From the NCBI GenBank assembly GCA_963770895.1, contig CAVYRF010000002.1, forward strand, positions 4,384,001-4,448,000: 64,000 nt of DNA, given 5' to 3'. The position numbers were made by a program, and so were the translations under genes. Numbering within the stretch: position 1 is the stretch's first letter; each line of letters starts with the position of its first letter. Positions 54,662 through 64,000 of this stretch are shown piece by piece. The notes beneath the pieces were generated by a model. The model was not told where the DNA came from and did not search any database. It saw only the letters and a program-made list of their open reading frames with translations. This DNA is from an uncultured Acidobacteriota bacterium (lineage in GTDB: Bacteria; Acidobacteriota; Thermoanaerobaculia; Multivoradales; UBA5704).

Positions 54662-56758
54662 ATGGCAAGGCAAGTTTCACTCAAAGACACGCGCAATATC
54701 GGCATCATGGCTCACATCGATGCCGGTAAGACCACGACTACCGAACGCGTCCTTTTCTATACGGGCGTCAATTACAAGATCGGCGAAGTGCACGAAGGCA
54801 CTGCCACCATGGACTGGATGGTGCAGGAGCAGGAGCGCGGCATCACCATCACTTCCGCTGCCACCACCTGCTTCTGGAAGAACCATCGCATCAACATCAT
54901 CGACACCCCCGGCCACGTGGATTTCACCGCCGAGGTGGAGCGGTCGCTGCGCGTGCTGGACGGCGCCGTGGCGGTGTTCGACTCCGTCGCCGGCGTCGAG
55001 CCGCAGTCGGAAACGGTGTGGCGCCAGGCCGATCGGTACCGCGTGCCGCGCATCGCGTTCGTCAACAAGATGGACCGCGTCGGCGCCGACTTCGATCGCA
55101 CGGTGTCGATGATGCGCAGCCGTCTGGCCGCCAATCCGGTGGTGATCCAATTCCCGTGGGGCAAGGAAGACCACTTCAAGGGCATCATCGACCTGGTGGA
55201 CCTCAAGGGGATCTTCTACAAGGACGAAACCCTGGGCGCCGACTACGAGACGGTCGACATCCCCGAAGAGCACCTGGACGAAGCGCACCGGCTGCGCGAA
55301 GCGATGGTCGAAGCGATCGCCGAAACCGACGACCAGCTGCTCGAAAAGTACCTCTCGGGCGAAGAGATCACCAAGGACGAGCTGCGCGCTTCGCTGCGCC
55401 GCGCCACCATCGCCAACCGCCTGCAGCCGGTGGTGTGCGGCAGCGCCTTCAAGAACAAGGGCGTGCAGCCGCTGCTCGACTCGGTGGTGGCGTTCCTGCC
55501 GTCGCCGCTCGACATCCCGCCGATCGCCGGCACCGACCTGGGCGGCGACAAGCAGGTGATGCGCCATTCCGACGATTCGGAGCCGTTCTCGGCGCTGGTG
55601 TTCAAGATCATGACCGACCCGTTCGTCGGCCAGCTGAGCTTCTTCCGTGTCTACTCGGGGCACATCGAATCGGGCACCACGGTGCTCAACGCCAAGCGCG
55701 GCACCAACGAGCGCGTCGGCCGCCTGCTCAAGATGCACGCCAACAAGCGCGAGGAAATCTCCGAGGTGTGGGCTGGCGACATCGCCGCCGCCGTCGGCCT
55801 GCGCAACGTCACCACCGGCGATACCATCTGCGATACCAAATCACCGGTGGTGCTGGAGGCGATGAGCTTCCCCGAGCCGGTCATCTCGGTGTCGATCGAG
55901 CCGAAGACCAAGAGCGACCAGGAAAGGCTGGGCGTGTCGCTCGGCAAGCTGATGCAGGAGGACCCGACGTTCCGGGTGCACACCGATCCGGACACCGGCC
56001 AGACCCTGATTTCGGGCATGGGCGAGCTGCACCTCGAGATCATCACCGATCGCCTGGTGCGGGAGTTCAACGTCGGTTGCAACGTCGGCAAGCCGCAGGT
56101 GGCGTACAAGGAAGCGATCACCCGCGAAGCCGAGGGCGAGGGCCGCTACATCAAGCAGACCGGCGGCAAGGGCCAGTACGGCCACGCCCGCATCAAGCTG
56201 CGGCCGCTGGCCGAAGACGCGGACGAAGATGCCGATCGGGATTTTGTGTTCAACAACATGATCGTCGGCGGCGTCATCCCGCGCGAGTTCATCAAGCCGA
56301 TCGAGCAGGGCATCAAGGAAGCGCTGGAAACCGGGCCGCTGGCCGGCTATCCGATGACCGGCGTCGAAGTGGACCTGATCTTCGGCAGCTATCACGAAGT
56401 CGACTCCTCGGAAATCGCCTTCAAGATCGCCGGTTCGATGGCCTTCCAGGACGCCTGCAAGCGGGCGCGTCCGGTGCTGATGGAGCCGATCATGGCGGTC
56501 GAGGTGGTGACCCCCGAGGAGTACATGGGTGAGGTCATCGGCGACATCACGTCGCGCCGCGGCCGCGTGCAGCAGATGGAGCGGCGCGGCAACGCGCAGG
56601 TCATCGCCTGCCGCGTGCCGCTGTCGGAAATGTTCGGATATGCCACCGACCTGCGCTCGCAGAGCCAGGGGCGGGCCAGCTACACGATGCAGTTCGCCAG
56701 CTACGAGCAGGCGCCCAAGAGCGTCAGCGAAGAGGTCGTTGCCAAGGCAGCCGGTTAA
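54662..56758 (+). CDS. fusA: Elongation factor G
   Basis: [20 protein letters not shown] and NKMD. Confidence 0.99.
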   Translation: MARQVSLKDTRNIGIMAHIDAGKTTTTERVLFYTGVNYKIGEVHEGTATMDWMVQEQERGITITSAATTCFWKNHRINIIDTPGHVDFTAEVERSLRVLDGAVAVFDSVAGVEPQSETVWRQADRYRVPRIAFVNKMDRVGADFDRTVSMMRSRLAANPVVIQFPWGKEDHFKGIIDLVDLKGIFYKDETLGADYETVDIPEEHLDEAHRLREAMVEAIAETDDQLLEKYLSGEEITKDELRASLRRATIANRLQPVVCGSAFKNKGVQPLLDSVVAFLPSPLDIPPIAGTDLGGDKQVMRHSDDSEPFSALVFKIMTDPFVGQLSFFRVYSGHIESGTTVLNAKRGTNERVGRLLKMHANKREEISEVWAGDIAAAVGLRNVTTGDTICDTKSPVVLEAMSFPEPVISVSIEPKTKSDQERLGVSLGKLMQEDPTFRVHTDPDTGQTLISGMGELHLEIITDRLVREFNVGCNVGKPQVAYKEAITREAEGEGRYIKQTGGKGQYGHARIKLRPLAEDADEDADRDFVFNNMIVGGVIPREFIKPIEQGIKEALETGPLAGYPMTGVEVDLIFGSYHEVDSSEIAFKIAGSMAFQDACKRARPVLMEPIMAVEVVTPEEYMGEVIGDITSRRGRVQQMERRGNAQVIACRVPLSEMFGYATDLRSQSQGRASYTMQFASYEQAPKSVSEEVVAKAAG

Positions 56759-56875
56759 ACCGGCTGCGCCAAGGACGGCAGCAGGCTGAGCCTGCTGCTC
56801 CAGGACAGCGGCCGGTTATAACCGGCCGCGCCAGCAAAGCAGCCTGACCGGCAGCGTCCGGGGGGGATTTTCAGC

Positions 56876-58069
<1,194 letters not shown>

Positions 58070-58101
58070 AATGAAGTTGCCGGGCTGGAGCTGAGGAGAT
58101 C

Positions 58102-58419
<318 letters not shown>

Positions 58420-58498
58420 CCGCGTCTTCCCCCCGCGTCCACGTCGGACGCGGGCCAGGGACTTGGACACGACGCAGGAACCTTCAAGGGGTACGCCG

Positions 58499-59128
58499 AT
58501 GGAAGGCATGCTGGGACGCAAACTGGGGATGACCCAAATCTACGCCGACGACGGGTCGGTGGTGCCGGTGACGGTGCTCAAGGCCGGTCCGTGCCTGGTG
58601 GTGCAGCGCAAGACGCACGCCACCGACGGCTACGAATCTGTGCAGCTCGGCCTGGTCGAGGACCGGCCGCCCAAGCACGTGACCAAGCCGCGCCTCGGCC
58701 ACTTCGCCAAGGCCGGCGTGGCGGCGCTCGCCCACCTGATGGAGTTCCGCCTGGCCGACGGCGAGGAGGTCAAGCCGGGCGACGAGGTGAAGGCCAGCAT
58801 CTTCGAGGAGAAGCAGTACGTGGACGTGGTGGCGACCAGCAAGGGCAAGGGCTTCCAGGGCGTCGTCAAGCGCCACGGCTTTGCCGGCGGCCGCGCCACC
58901 CACGGTTCGATGTTCCACCGCGCTCCCGGTTCGATCGGCTCCTCCGCCTTTCCGTCGCGGGTCTTCGCCGGCATGCGCGGCACCGGCCGCATGGGCGGCG
59001 ACCGGGTGACGGTCAAGAACCTCCTGGTCATCAAGGTGGACATCGAGCAGAACCTGATCTACGTGCGCGGTGCGGTGCCGGGCGCCAGGCACGCCTACGT
59101 GGCGATCAAGCGGGCCAAGCGCGGCTGA
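58499..59128 (+). CDS. rplC: 50S ribosomal protein L3
   Basis: [16 protein letters not shown] and HRAPGSIG. Confidence 0.99.
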   Translation: MEGMLGRKLGMTQIYADDGSVVPVTVLKAGPCLVVQRKTHATDGYESVQLGLVEDRPPKHVTKPRLGHFAKAGVAALAHLMEFRLADGEEVKPGDEVKASIFEEKQYVDVVATSKGKGFQGVVKRHGFAGGRATHGSMFHRAPGSIGSSAFPSRVFAGMRGTGRMGGDRVTVKNLLVIKVDIEQNLIYVRGAVPGARHAYVAIKRAKRG

Positions 59129-59156
59129 GCCGCGACGACGCCCCTGACGAGAGGAC

Positions 59157-59789
59157 GTGGCAACGATGAAGATCGCGGTCAAGAGTCTGGAGAACCGGCA
59201 GCTGCGCGAGATCGATCTGCCAGAAGCCGTCTTCGGCTATCCGTACAACGAGCACCTGATCCACGAGGCGGTGCAGGCGTACCTGGCCGGACGCCGTCGC
59301 GGCACGCACAAGACCAAGACCCGCGCCGAGGTTTCGGGCTCGGGCAAGAAGCTATGGCGGCAGAAGGGCACCGGCCGCGCCCGCACCGGCGACATCCGCA
59401 ACCCCAAGTGGCGCCACGGCGGCATCGTCTGGGGTCCGGTGCCGCACGGCTACGAAAAGTCGCTGTCGGTGCGCGAAAAGAAGAACGCCCTCAAGTCGGC
59501 GCTGTCGCGCAAGCTGGCCGAAGAGCGCGTGGTCGTGCTCGACAACCTGGACCTGGCGAGCCATCGCACACGCGAGCTGGTCGCTCACCTGTCCGGCCTG
59601 GGCGTGGCGGGCAAGGCGCTGCTGGTCGACGTGCACGACAATCACAACCTGAATCTCGCGGCGCGCAACAACCGCGCCGTCAAGACGGTGGACGCGCTGG
59701 CGGTCAACGTCTACGACGTCGTCGACCGGCCGTTTCTGGTGCTGAGCGAAGACGCGCTCAACCGGCTGGTGGAGGTGCTGGCGAAATGA
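59157..59789 (+). CDS. rplD: 50S ribosomal protein L4
   Basis: RQKGTGRAR motif and operon position. Confidence 0.99.
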   Translation: MATMKIAVKSLENRQLREIDLPEAVFGYPYNEHLIHEAVQAYLAGRRRGTHKTKTRAEVSGSGKKLWRQKGTGRARTGDIRNPKWRHGGIVWGPVPHGYEKSLSVREKKNALKSALSRKLAEERVVVLDNLDLASHRTRELVAHLSGLGVAGKALLVDVHDNHNLNLAARNNRAVKTVDALAVNVYDVVDRPFLVLSEDALNRLVEVLAK

Positions 59790-60079
59790 GGATCCAAGAA
59801 GTGATCCGGCGGCCGCTGATCACCGAGAAGTCGTCGCGCGAGCGCGAGAGCGGCAGCAACATCGTCGCTTTCGAAGTGCACCGCGATGCCAACAAGATCG
59901 AAGTGCTGCGCGCCGTGCAGGTGCAGTTCAAGGTCAAGGTGGCGGAAGTGCGCATCGCCAACTGTCACGGCAAGGTCCGCCGGCAGGGCAAGTTCGTCGG
60001 CCGGCGCCCCGATTGGAAGAAGGCCTACGTCAGACTGGCCGCCGGCGAAAAGCCGATCGAGTTCTTCGAGGGGATGTAA
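59786..60079 (+). CDS. rplW: 50S ribosomal protein L23
   Basis: RPLITEKS, ANKIEV and WKKAYV. Confidence 0.98.
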   Translation: MRIQEVIRRPLITEKSSRERESGSNIVAFEVHRDANKIEVLRAVQVQFKVKVAEVRIANCHGKVRRQGKFVGRRPDWKKAYVRLAAGEKPIEFFEGM

Positions 60080-60082
60080 ACG

Positions 60083-60910
60083 ATGGCGATCAAACAGAGA
60101 AAGCCGACCAACGCGGCAAGTCGTTTTCAGACCTATCCCGCTTTTGACGAGCTGACCGGCCACGCGCCGCACAAACCGCTGACTGCGGGCAAGTCGAACA
60201 CCGGCGGACGCAACAACCGCGGCGAGCTGACTTCGTGGTGGCGCGGCGGCGGCCATAAGCGGCGCTACCGGGTGATCGATTTCCGCCGCGACAAGCACGG
60301 CGTGCCGGCCAAGGTCGCGACCGTCGAGTACGACCCCAACCGCTCGGCGCGCATCGCCCTGCTGCACTACGCCGACGGCGAGAAGCGCTACATCCTGTGG
60401 CCGAACGGCCTGGCGGTGGGCGCGGAAGTGATGTCGGGCGAAAAGGCCGAGGTCAACCTGGGCAACGCCCTGCCGCTGCGCCTGATCCCGCTGGGCACGG
60501 TGATCCACAACATCGAGCTCAAGATCGGCAAGGGCGGCCAGATGGTGCGCAGCGCCGGCGGCGGCGCCCAGCTGATGGCGCGCGACGGCGGCTGGGCGCA
60601 GGTCAAGCTGCCCTCGGGCGAGGTGCGGCGCGTTCATGTCGAGTGCTACGCGACGGTCGGCCAGGTCGGCAACCTGGAGCACGAAAACATTTCCTACGGC
60701 AAGGCAGGGCGCAAGCGCTGGCTGGGCCGCAAGCCCCACAACCGCGGCGTGTCGATGAACCCGGTGGATCACCCGATGGGCGGCGGCGAAGGACGCACTT
60801 CCGGCGGCCGCCATCCCACGACCCCCTGGGGCGTGCCCACCAAGGGTTACAAGACCCGTAACAACAAGCGCACGGACCCGATGATCGTCCGCCGCCGGAA
60901 CCAGAAATAG
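60083..60910 (+). CDS. rplB: 50S ribosomal protein L2
   Basis: [12 protein letters not shown] and [13 protein letters not shown]. Confidence 0.99.
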   Translation: MAIKQRKPTNAASRFQTYPAFDELTGHAPHKPLTAGKSNTGGRNNRGELTSWWRGGGHKRRYRVIDFRRDKHGVPAKVATVEYDPNRSARIALLHYADGEKRYILWPNGLAVGAEVMSGEKAEVNLGNALPLRLIPLGTVIHNIELKIGKGGQMVRSAGGGAQLMARDGGWAQVKLPSGEVRRVHVECYATVGQVGNLEHENISYGKAGRKRWLGRKPHNRGVSMNPVDHPMGGGEGRTSGGRHPTTPWGVPTKGYKTRNNKRTDPMIVRRRNQK

Positions 60911-60924
60911 GAGCCATAGAAGCC

Positions 60925-61212
60925 ATGCCGCGTTCAGTGCACAAGGGCCCCTTCGTCGACGGTCACCTTGAAAACAAGGTGACCGCCGCCCGCTCGCGCG
61001 GGGACAACCGGGTGATCAAGACCTGGTCGCGCCGCTCGACGGTGATCCCCGACATGGTGAACCTGACGATCGCCGTGCACAACGGCGCCAAGTTCATCCC
61101 GGTCTACATCACCGAGAACATGGTCGGTCACAAGCTGGGCGAGTTCGCCATGACCCGCACCTTCCGGGGCCACAGCGGCAAGAAGGTCGAAAAGGGGGCC
61201 CGTCCCCGGTAG
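60925..61212 (+). CDS. rpsS: 30S ribosomal protein S19
   Basis: KTWSRRS and MVGHKLGEF. Confidence 0.99.
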   Translation: MPRSVHKGPFVDGHLENKVTAARSRGDNRVIKTWSRRSTVIPDMVNLTIAVHNGAKFIPVYITENMVGHKLGEFAMTRTFRGHSGKKVEKGARPR

Positions 61213-61233
61213 TTGGACAGGGGGTCTACAACC

Positions 61234-61680
61234 ATGGAAGTCACCGCACGGCTTCGTTATGTGCAGGGCTCGGCGCAGAAGATGCGCCTGGTCGCCGACC
61301 TGGTCCGCGGCAAGCAGGTCCAGGACGCGGTCAACCTGCTGGGGGTCACCAAGAAGGTGGCGGCCCGTCACATCGAAAAGTGTCTCAAGTCGGCGATCGC
61401 CAACGCCGAGAACCGCGAGGAGCACGTGGACGTCGACCGGCTGTACGTCAAGGCGATCTTCGTCGACGGCGGGCCGATGGCCAAGCGCATCCGGCCGGCG
61501 CCGATGGGGCGCGCGTTCCGGATCCTCAAGCGGCAGAGCCACATCACCATCAAGCTCGATACCCACAAGGGCGCCGAGCCTGCCGCGAGATCCGCAAAAT
61601 CGGCGACGCCGTCGGCGCCTTCCGCGCCGTCCGCCAAGGCGCCGAGGCCGTCCAGAGCCAAGGCCAAGGCCAAGGCGTAA
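61234..61680 (+). CDS. rplV: 50S ribosomal protein L22 (Ala/Lys/Ser C-terminal tail)
   Basis: KMRLVADLVRGK, SAIANA and RPAPMGRA. Confidence 0.98.
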   Translation: MEVTARLRYVQGSAQKMRLVADLVRGKQVQDAVNLLGVTKKVAARHIEKCLKSAIANAENREEHVDVDRLYVKAIFVDGGPMAKRIRPAPMGRAFRILKRQSHITIKLDTHKGAEPAARSAKSATPSAPSAPSAKAPRPSRAKAKAKA

Positions 61681-61698
61681 CGGGAGAGGAACGACACA

Positions 61699-62349
61699 GT
61701 GGGCCAAAAAACACACCCTTACGGCTTCCGCCTGGTTTACAACAAGACCTGGCACTCGCGCTGGTACGGCGACAGCCACTACGCCGACATGCTGCACGAG
61801 GACCTCAAGCTGCGCAAACGCCTGAAGAGCCGGCTGTCGCACGCCGGCGTCTCCGAGGTGGACATCGAGCGCGCCGCCGACAAGCTGCGGGTCACCATCT
61901 ACACCTCGCGGCCGGGCATCATCATCGGCCGCCGGGGTGCAGAAGTGGACAAGCTGCGAGACGACCTCCAGAAGGAGATGGGGCGCGAAGTCCACATCAA
62001 CATCCAGGAGATCCAGCGCCCCGAGCTGGACGCCCAGCTGGTGGGCGAATCGATCGCCGGCCAGCTGGAGCGTCGGGTGTCGTTCCGCCGGGCGATGAAA
62101 AAGGCGATGGAGTCGGCGTTCCGCTTCGGCGCCAAGGGAGTCAAGATCATGGTCTCGGGGCGGCTGGGCGGCGCCGAGATCGCGCGCTCCGAGTGGTACC
62201 AGGAGGGGCGCCTGCCGCTGCACACGCTCAAGGCCGACATCGACTACGGGCTGGCCGAGGCGCGCACGACCTACGGCGTCATCGGCGTCAAGGTGTGGGT
62301 GTACAAGGGTGACCTGCTCAAGGAGAAGAGCCGCCGCGCGACCGCTTGA
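61699..62349 (+). CDS. rpsC: 30S ribosomal protein S3
   Basis: [12 protein letters not shown] and [13 protein letters not shown]. Confidence 0.99.
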   Translation: MGQKTHPYGFRLVYNKTWHSRWYGDSHYADMLHEDLKLRKRLKSRLSHAGVSEVDIERAADKLRVTIYTSRPGIIIGRRGAEVDKLRDDLQKEMGREVHINIQEIQRPELDAQLVGESIAGQLERRVSFRRAMKKAMESAFRFGAKGVKIMVSGRLGGAEIARSEWYQEGRLPLHTLKADIDYGLAEARTTYGVIGVKVWVYKGDLLKEKSRRATA

Positions 62350-62378
62350 GCGGATCGCGGACAACGGAGTGAATCGTC

Positions 62379-62798
62379 ATGTTGATGCCGAAGAAGGTCA
62401 AGTTCAGAAAGCAGCAGCGCGGCCGGCGCGCGGGCATGTCGAAGGGGGGCACGTACATGGCCTTCGGCGACTACGGCCTGCAGGCGCAGGAGACGGGCTG
62501 GGTGACGGCGCGCCAGATCGAAGCGGCTCGTATCGCCATCACCCGCGCGGTCAAGCGCGGCGGCAAGGTTTGGATCCGGGTGTTCCCCGACAAGCCGATC
62601 ACCAAGAAGCCGCTCGAAACCCGCATGGGCAAGGGCAAGGGCAACCCCGAAGAGTGGGTCGCCGTGGTCAAACCGGCGCGCATCCTGTACGAATTGGAAG
62701 GCGTGTCGCACGAGGTGGCCGAAGAGGCCATGCGTCTGGCGTCGCACAAGCTCGGAATCAGGACCAAGTTCATCACCCGTCATCAGGATCCGAGGTGA
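62379..62798 (+). CDS. rplP: 50S ribosomal protein L16
   Basis: [11 protein letters not shown] and RMGKGKG. Confidence 0.99.
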   Translation: MLMPKKVKFRKQQRGRRAGMSKGGTYMAFGDYGLQAQETGWVTARQIEAARIAITRAVKRGGKVWIRVFPDKPITKKPLETRMGKGKGNPEEWVAVVKPARILYELEGVSHEVAEEAMRLASHKLGIRTKFITRHQDPR

Positions 62799-62802
62799 GC
62801 CG

Positions 62803-62991
62803 ATGAAAGCCACGCAGATGCGGGAGCAGACCGTCGAGGAGCTGCGCGACAAGGAGCGGGACCTGTGCGAGCAGCTCTTCGCCCTGCGCTTGCAGAAAGT
62901 CACCGGCCAGCTCGAGAAGCCGTCGCGGGTGCGGCAGGTGCGCAAGGACCTGGCGCGGGTGTTGACCGTGCTGCATGAAAAGAAGGGATAG
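62803..62991 (+). CDS. rpmC: 50S ribosomal protein L29
   Basis: LFALRLQ..TGQL...RKDLARVLT. Confidence 0.97.
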   Translation: MKATQMREQTVEELRDKERDLCEQLFALRLQKVTGQLEKPSRVRQVRKDLARVLTVLHEKKG

Positions 62992-63006
62992 GGGATAGGA
63001 GAGATC

Positions 63007-63339
63007 ATGCCGGAGACGACGAAGGACCAGGGCGGCGAGCCGGGCGCGGCGCCCGAGGTAACGGCGGCGCCGATCGCCGCGACGGCCCAGCGCGGCCGGC
63101 GGCAGGTGAAGGTGGGCAAGGTGGTGAGCAACAAAATGGACAAGACGGTCATCGTCACCGTCGAGAACACCATGACGCACCGCCTGTACCACCGCTACAT
63201 GAAGCGGACCAGCAAGTTTTCCGCGCACGACGCGGAGAACCGCTGCAAGATCGGCGACGTGGTGGAGATCGTCTCCAGCCGGCCCCTGTCCAAGACCAAG
63301 AGATGGCGGGTCCGCGAGATTTTGAAGCGGTCCGAGTAA
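63007..63339 (+). CDS. rpsQ: 30S ribosomal protein S17
   Basis: [11 protein letters not shown] and RPLSKTKRW. Confidence 0.98.
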   Translation: MPETTKDQGGEPGAAPEVTAAPIAATAQRGRRQVKVGKVVSNKMDKTVIVTVENTMTHRLYHRYMKRTSKFSAHDAENRCKIGDVVEIVSSRPLSKTKRWRVREILKRSE

Positions 63340-63367
63340 GCGGCCGCGCGGCCGAGGGCTAACGACA

Positions 63368-63736
63368 ATGATCCAGATGGGAACGCTGCTCGACGTGGCG
63401 GACAACTCGGGGGCGAAGCGCATCGCCTGTATCCACCTGCGCGGCGGTTCGGCCGGACGCTACGGTCGCCTGGGCGACGTCATCACGGCGTCGGTCAAGG
63501 AAGCCGCGCCGGACGGCACGGTCAAGAAGGGGCAGGTGGTCAAGGCGGTCATCGTGCGCACGGTCAAGGAGCAGCGTCGCAAGGATGGAACCTACATCCG
63601 CTTCGACACCAACTCGGCGGTGCTGGTCAACGACGCCGGCGAGCCGATCGGCACGCGCGTCTTCGGTCCGGTGGCGCGCGAGCTGCGCGAGCGGCGTTTC
63701 ATGAAGATCGTCTCGCTGGCGCCGGAAGTCATCTAA
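63368..63736 (+). CDS. rplN: 50S ribosomal protein L14
   Basis: VADNSGA and [13 protein letters not shown]. Confidence 0.99.
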   Translation: MIQMGTLLDVADNSGAKRIACIHLRGGSAGRYGRLGDVITASVKEAAPDGTVKKGQVVKAVIVRTVKEQRRKDGTYIRFDTNSAVLVNDAGEPIGTRVFGPVARELRERRFMKIVSLAPEVI

Positions 63737-63763
63737 GCAGGCGAGAGCCGAGGAGCAAGTCTC

Positions 63764-64000
63764 ATGGAGAAGCTGAAGATTCGCAAAAACGACCAGGTGC
63801 TGGTCACCGCCGGCAAGAACCGCGGCGCCCGCGGCCGCGTGCTGCGCGTGCTGTCGAGCAAGGGCCGGGCGGTGGTCGAGCACGTGAACATGATCAAGCG
63901 GCACACCCGTCCGAACCCGCAAAAGGGAATCCAGGGCGGCATCCTGGAGCGCGAGGCGCCCATTCATCTGGCCAACCTGATGCTGATCTGTCCCGAATGC
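63764..64000 (+). CDS. rplX: 50S ribosomal protein L24 (partial, runs off the window)
   Basis: [21 protein letters not shown]...[14 protein letters not shown]. Confidence 0.97.
   Translation, partial: MEKLKIRKNDQVLVTAGKNRGARGRVLRVLSSKGRAVVEHVNMIKRHTRPNPQKGIQGGILEREAPIHLANLMLICPEC

Overview
High-GC bacterial window, most likely Acidobacteriota (Thermoanaerobaculia-like; inferred from gene style, not tested). It has three parts. (1) 1-25 kb is an accessory region that ends at the 3' end of tRNA-Pro(GGG). It holds a partial HNH-like ORF, a TonB protein, a DUF222-HNH gene, secreted proteases (S53, S1) and three small Cys-rich peptide genes. It also holds a lid-less Hsp70 convergent on a nuclease-STAND-HEAT (Avs-like) gene, a complete IS21 element with TSD and an IS21-type MITE with TSD. 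A lower-GC three-gene cassette encodes a 4-TM protein, a cytoplasmic S8 subtilase and a free-standing, separately promoted copy of that subtilase's own N-terminal prodomain. (2) 25-53 kb is mostly housekeeping and envelope genes: ihfA-merR-tRNA-Pro, glycosylation genes, acyl-CoA dehydrogenase, S41 peptidase, mscL, DUF885, a POT transporter and PadR. It also has a thioredoxin plus RiPP-like precursor pair, an ECF sigma/anti-sigma pair and two more MITE-like inserts. (3) 53.5-64 kb is the str-S10-spc ribosomal superoperon, from rpsL to a partial rplX. Best candidates for undescribed biology: the protease / free prodomain / membrane protein cassette (19049-21676), two orphan LxLxxETL-leader 4-Cys peptides missed by the ORF track, the Hsp70-STAND pair, and a structured element conserved between two different IS21-type elements. 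All family calls come from motif recognition by eye; no database searches were run.
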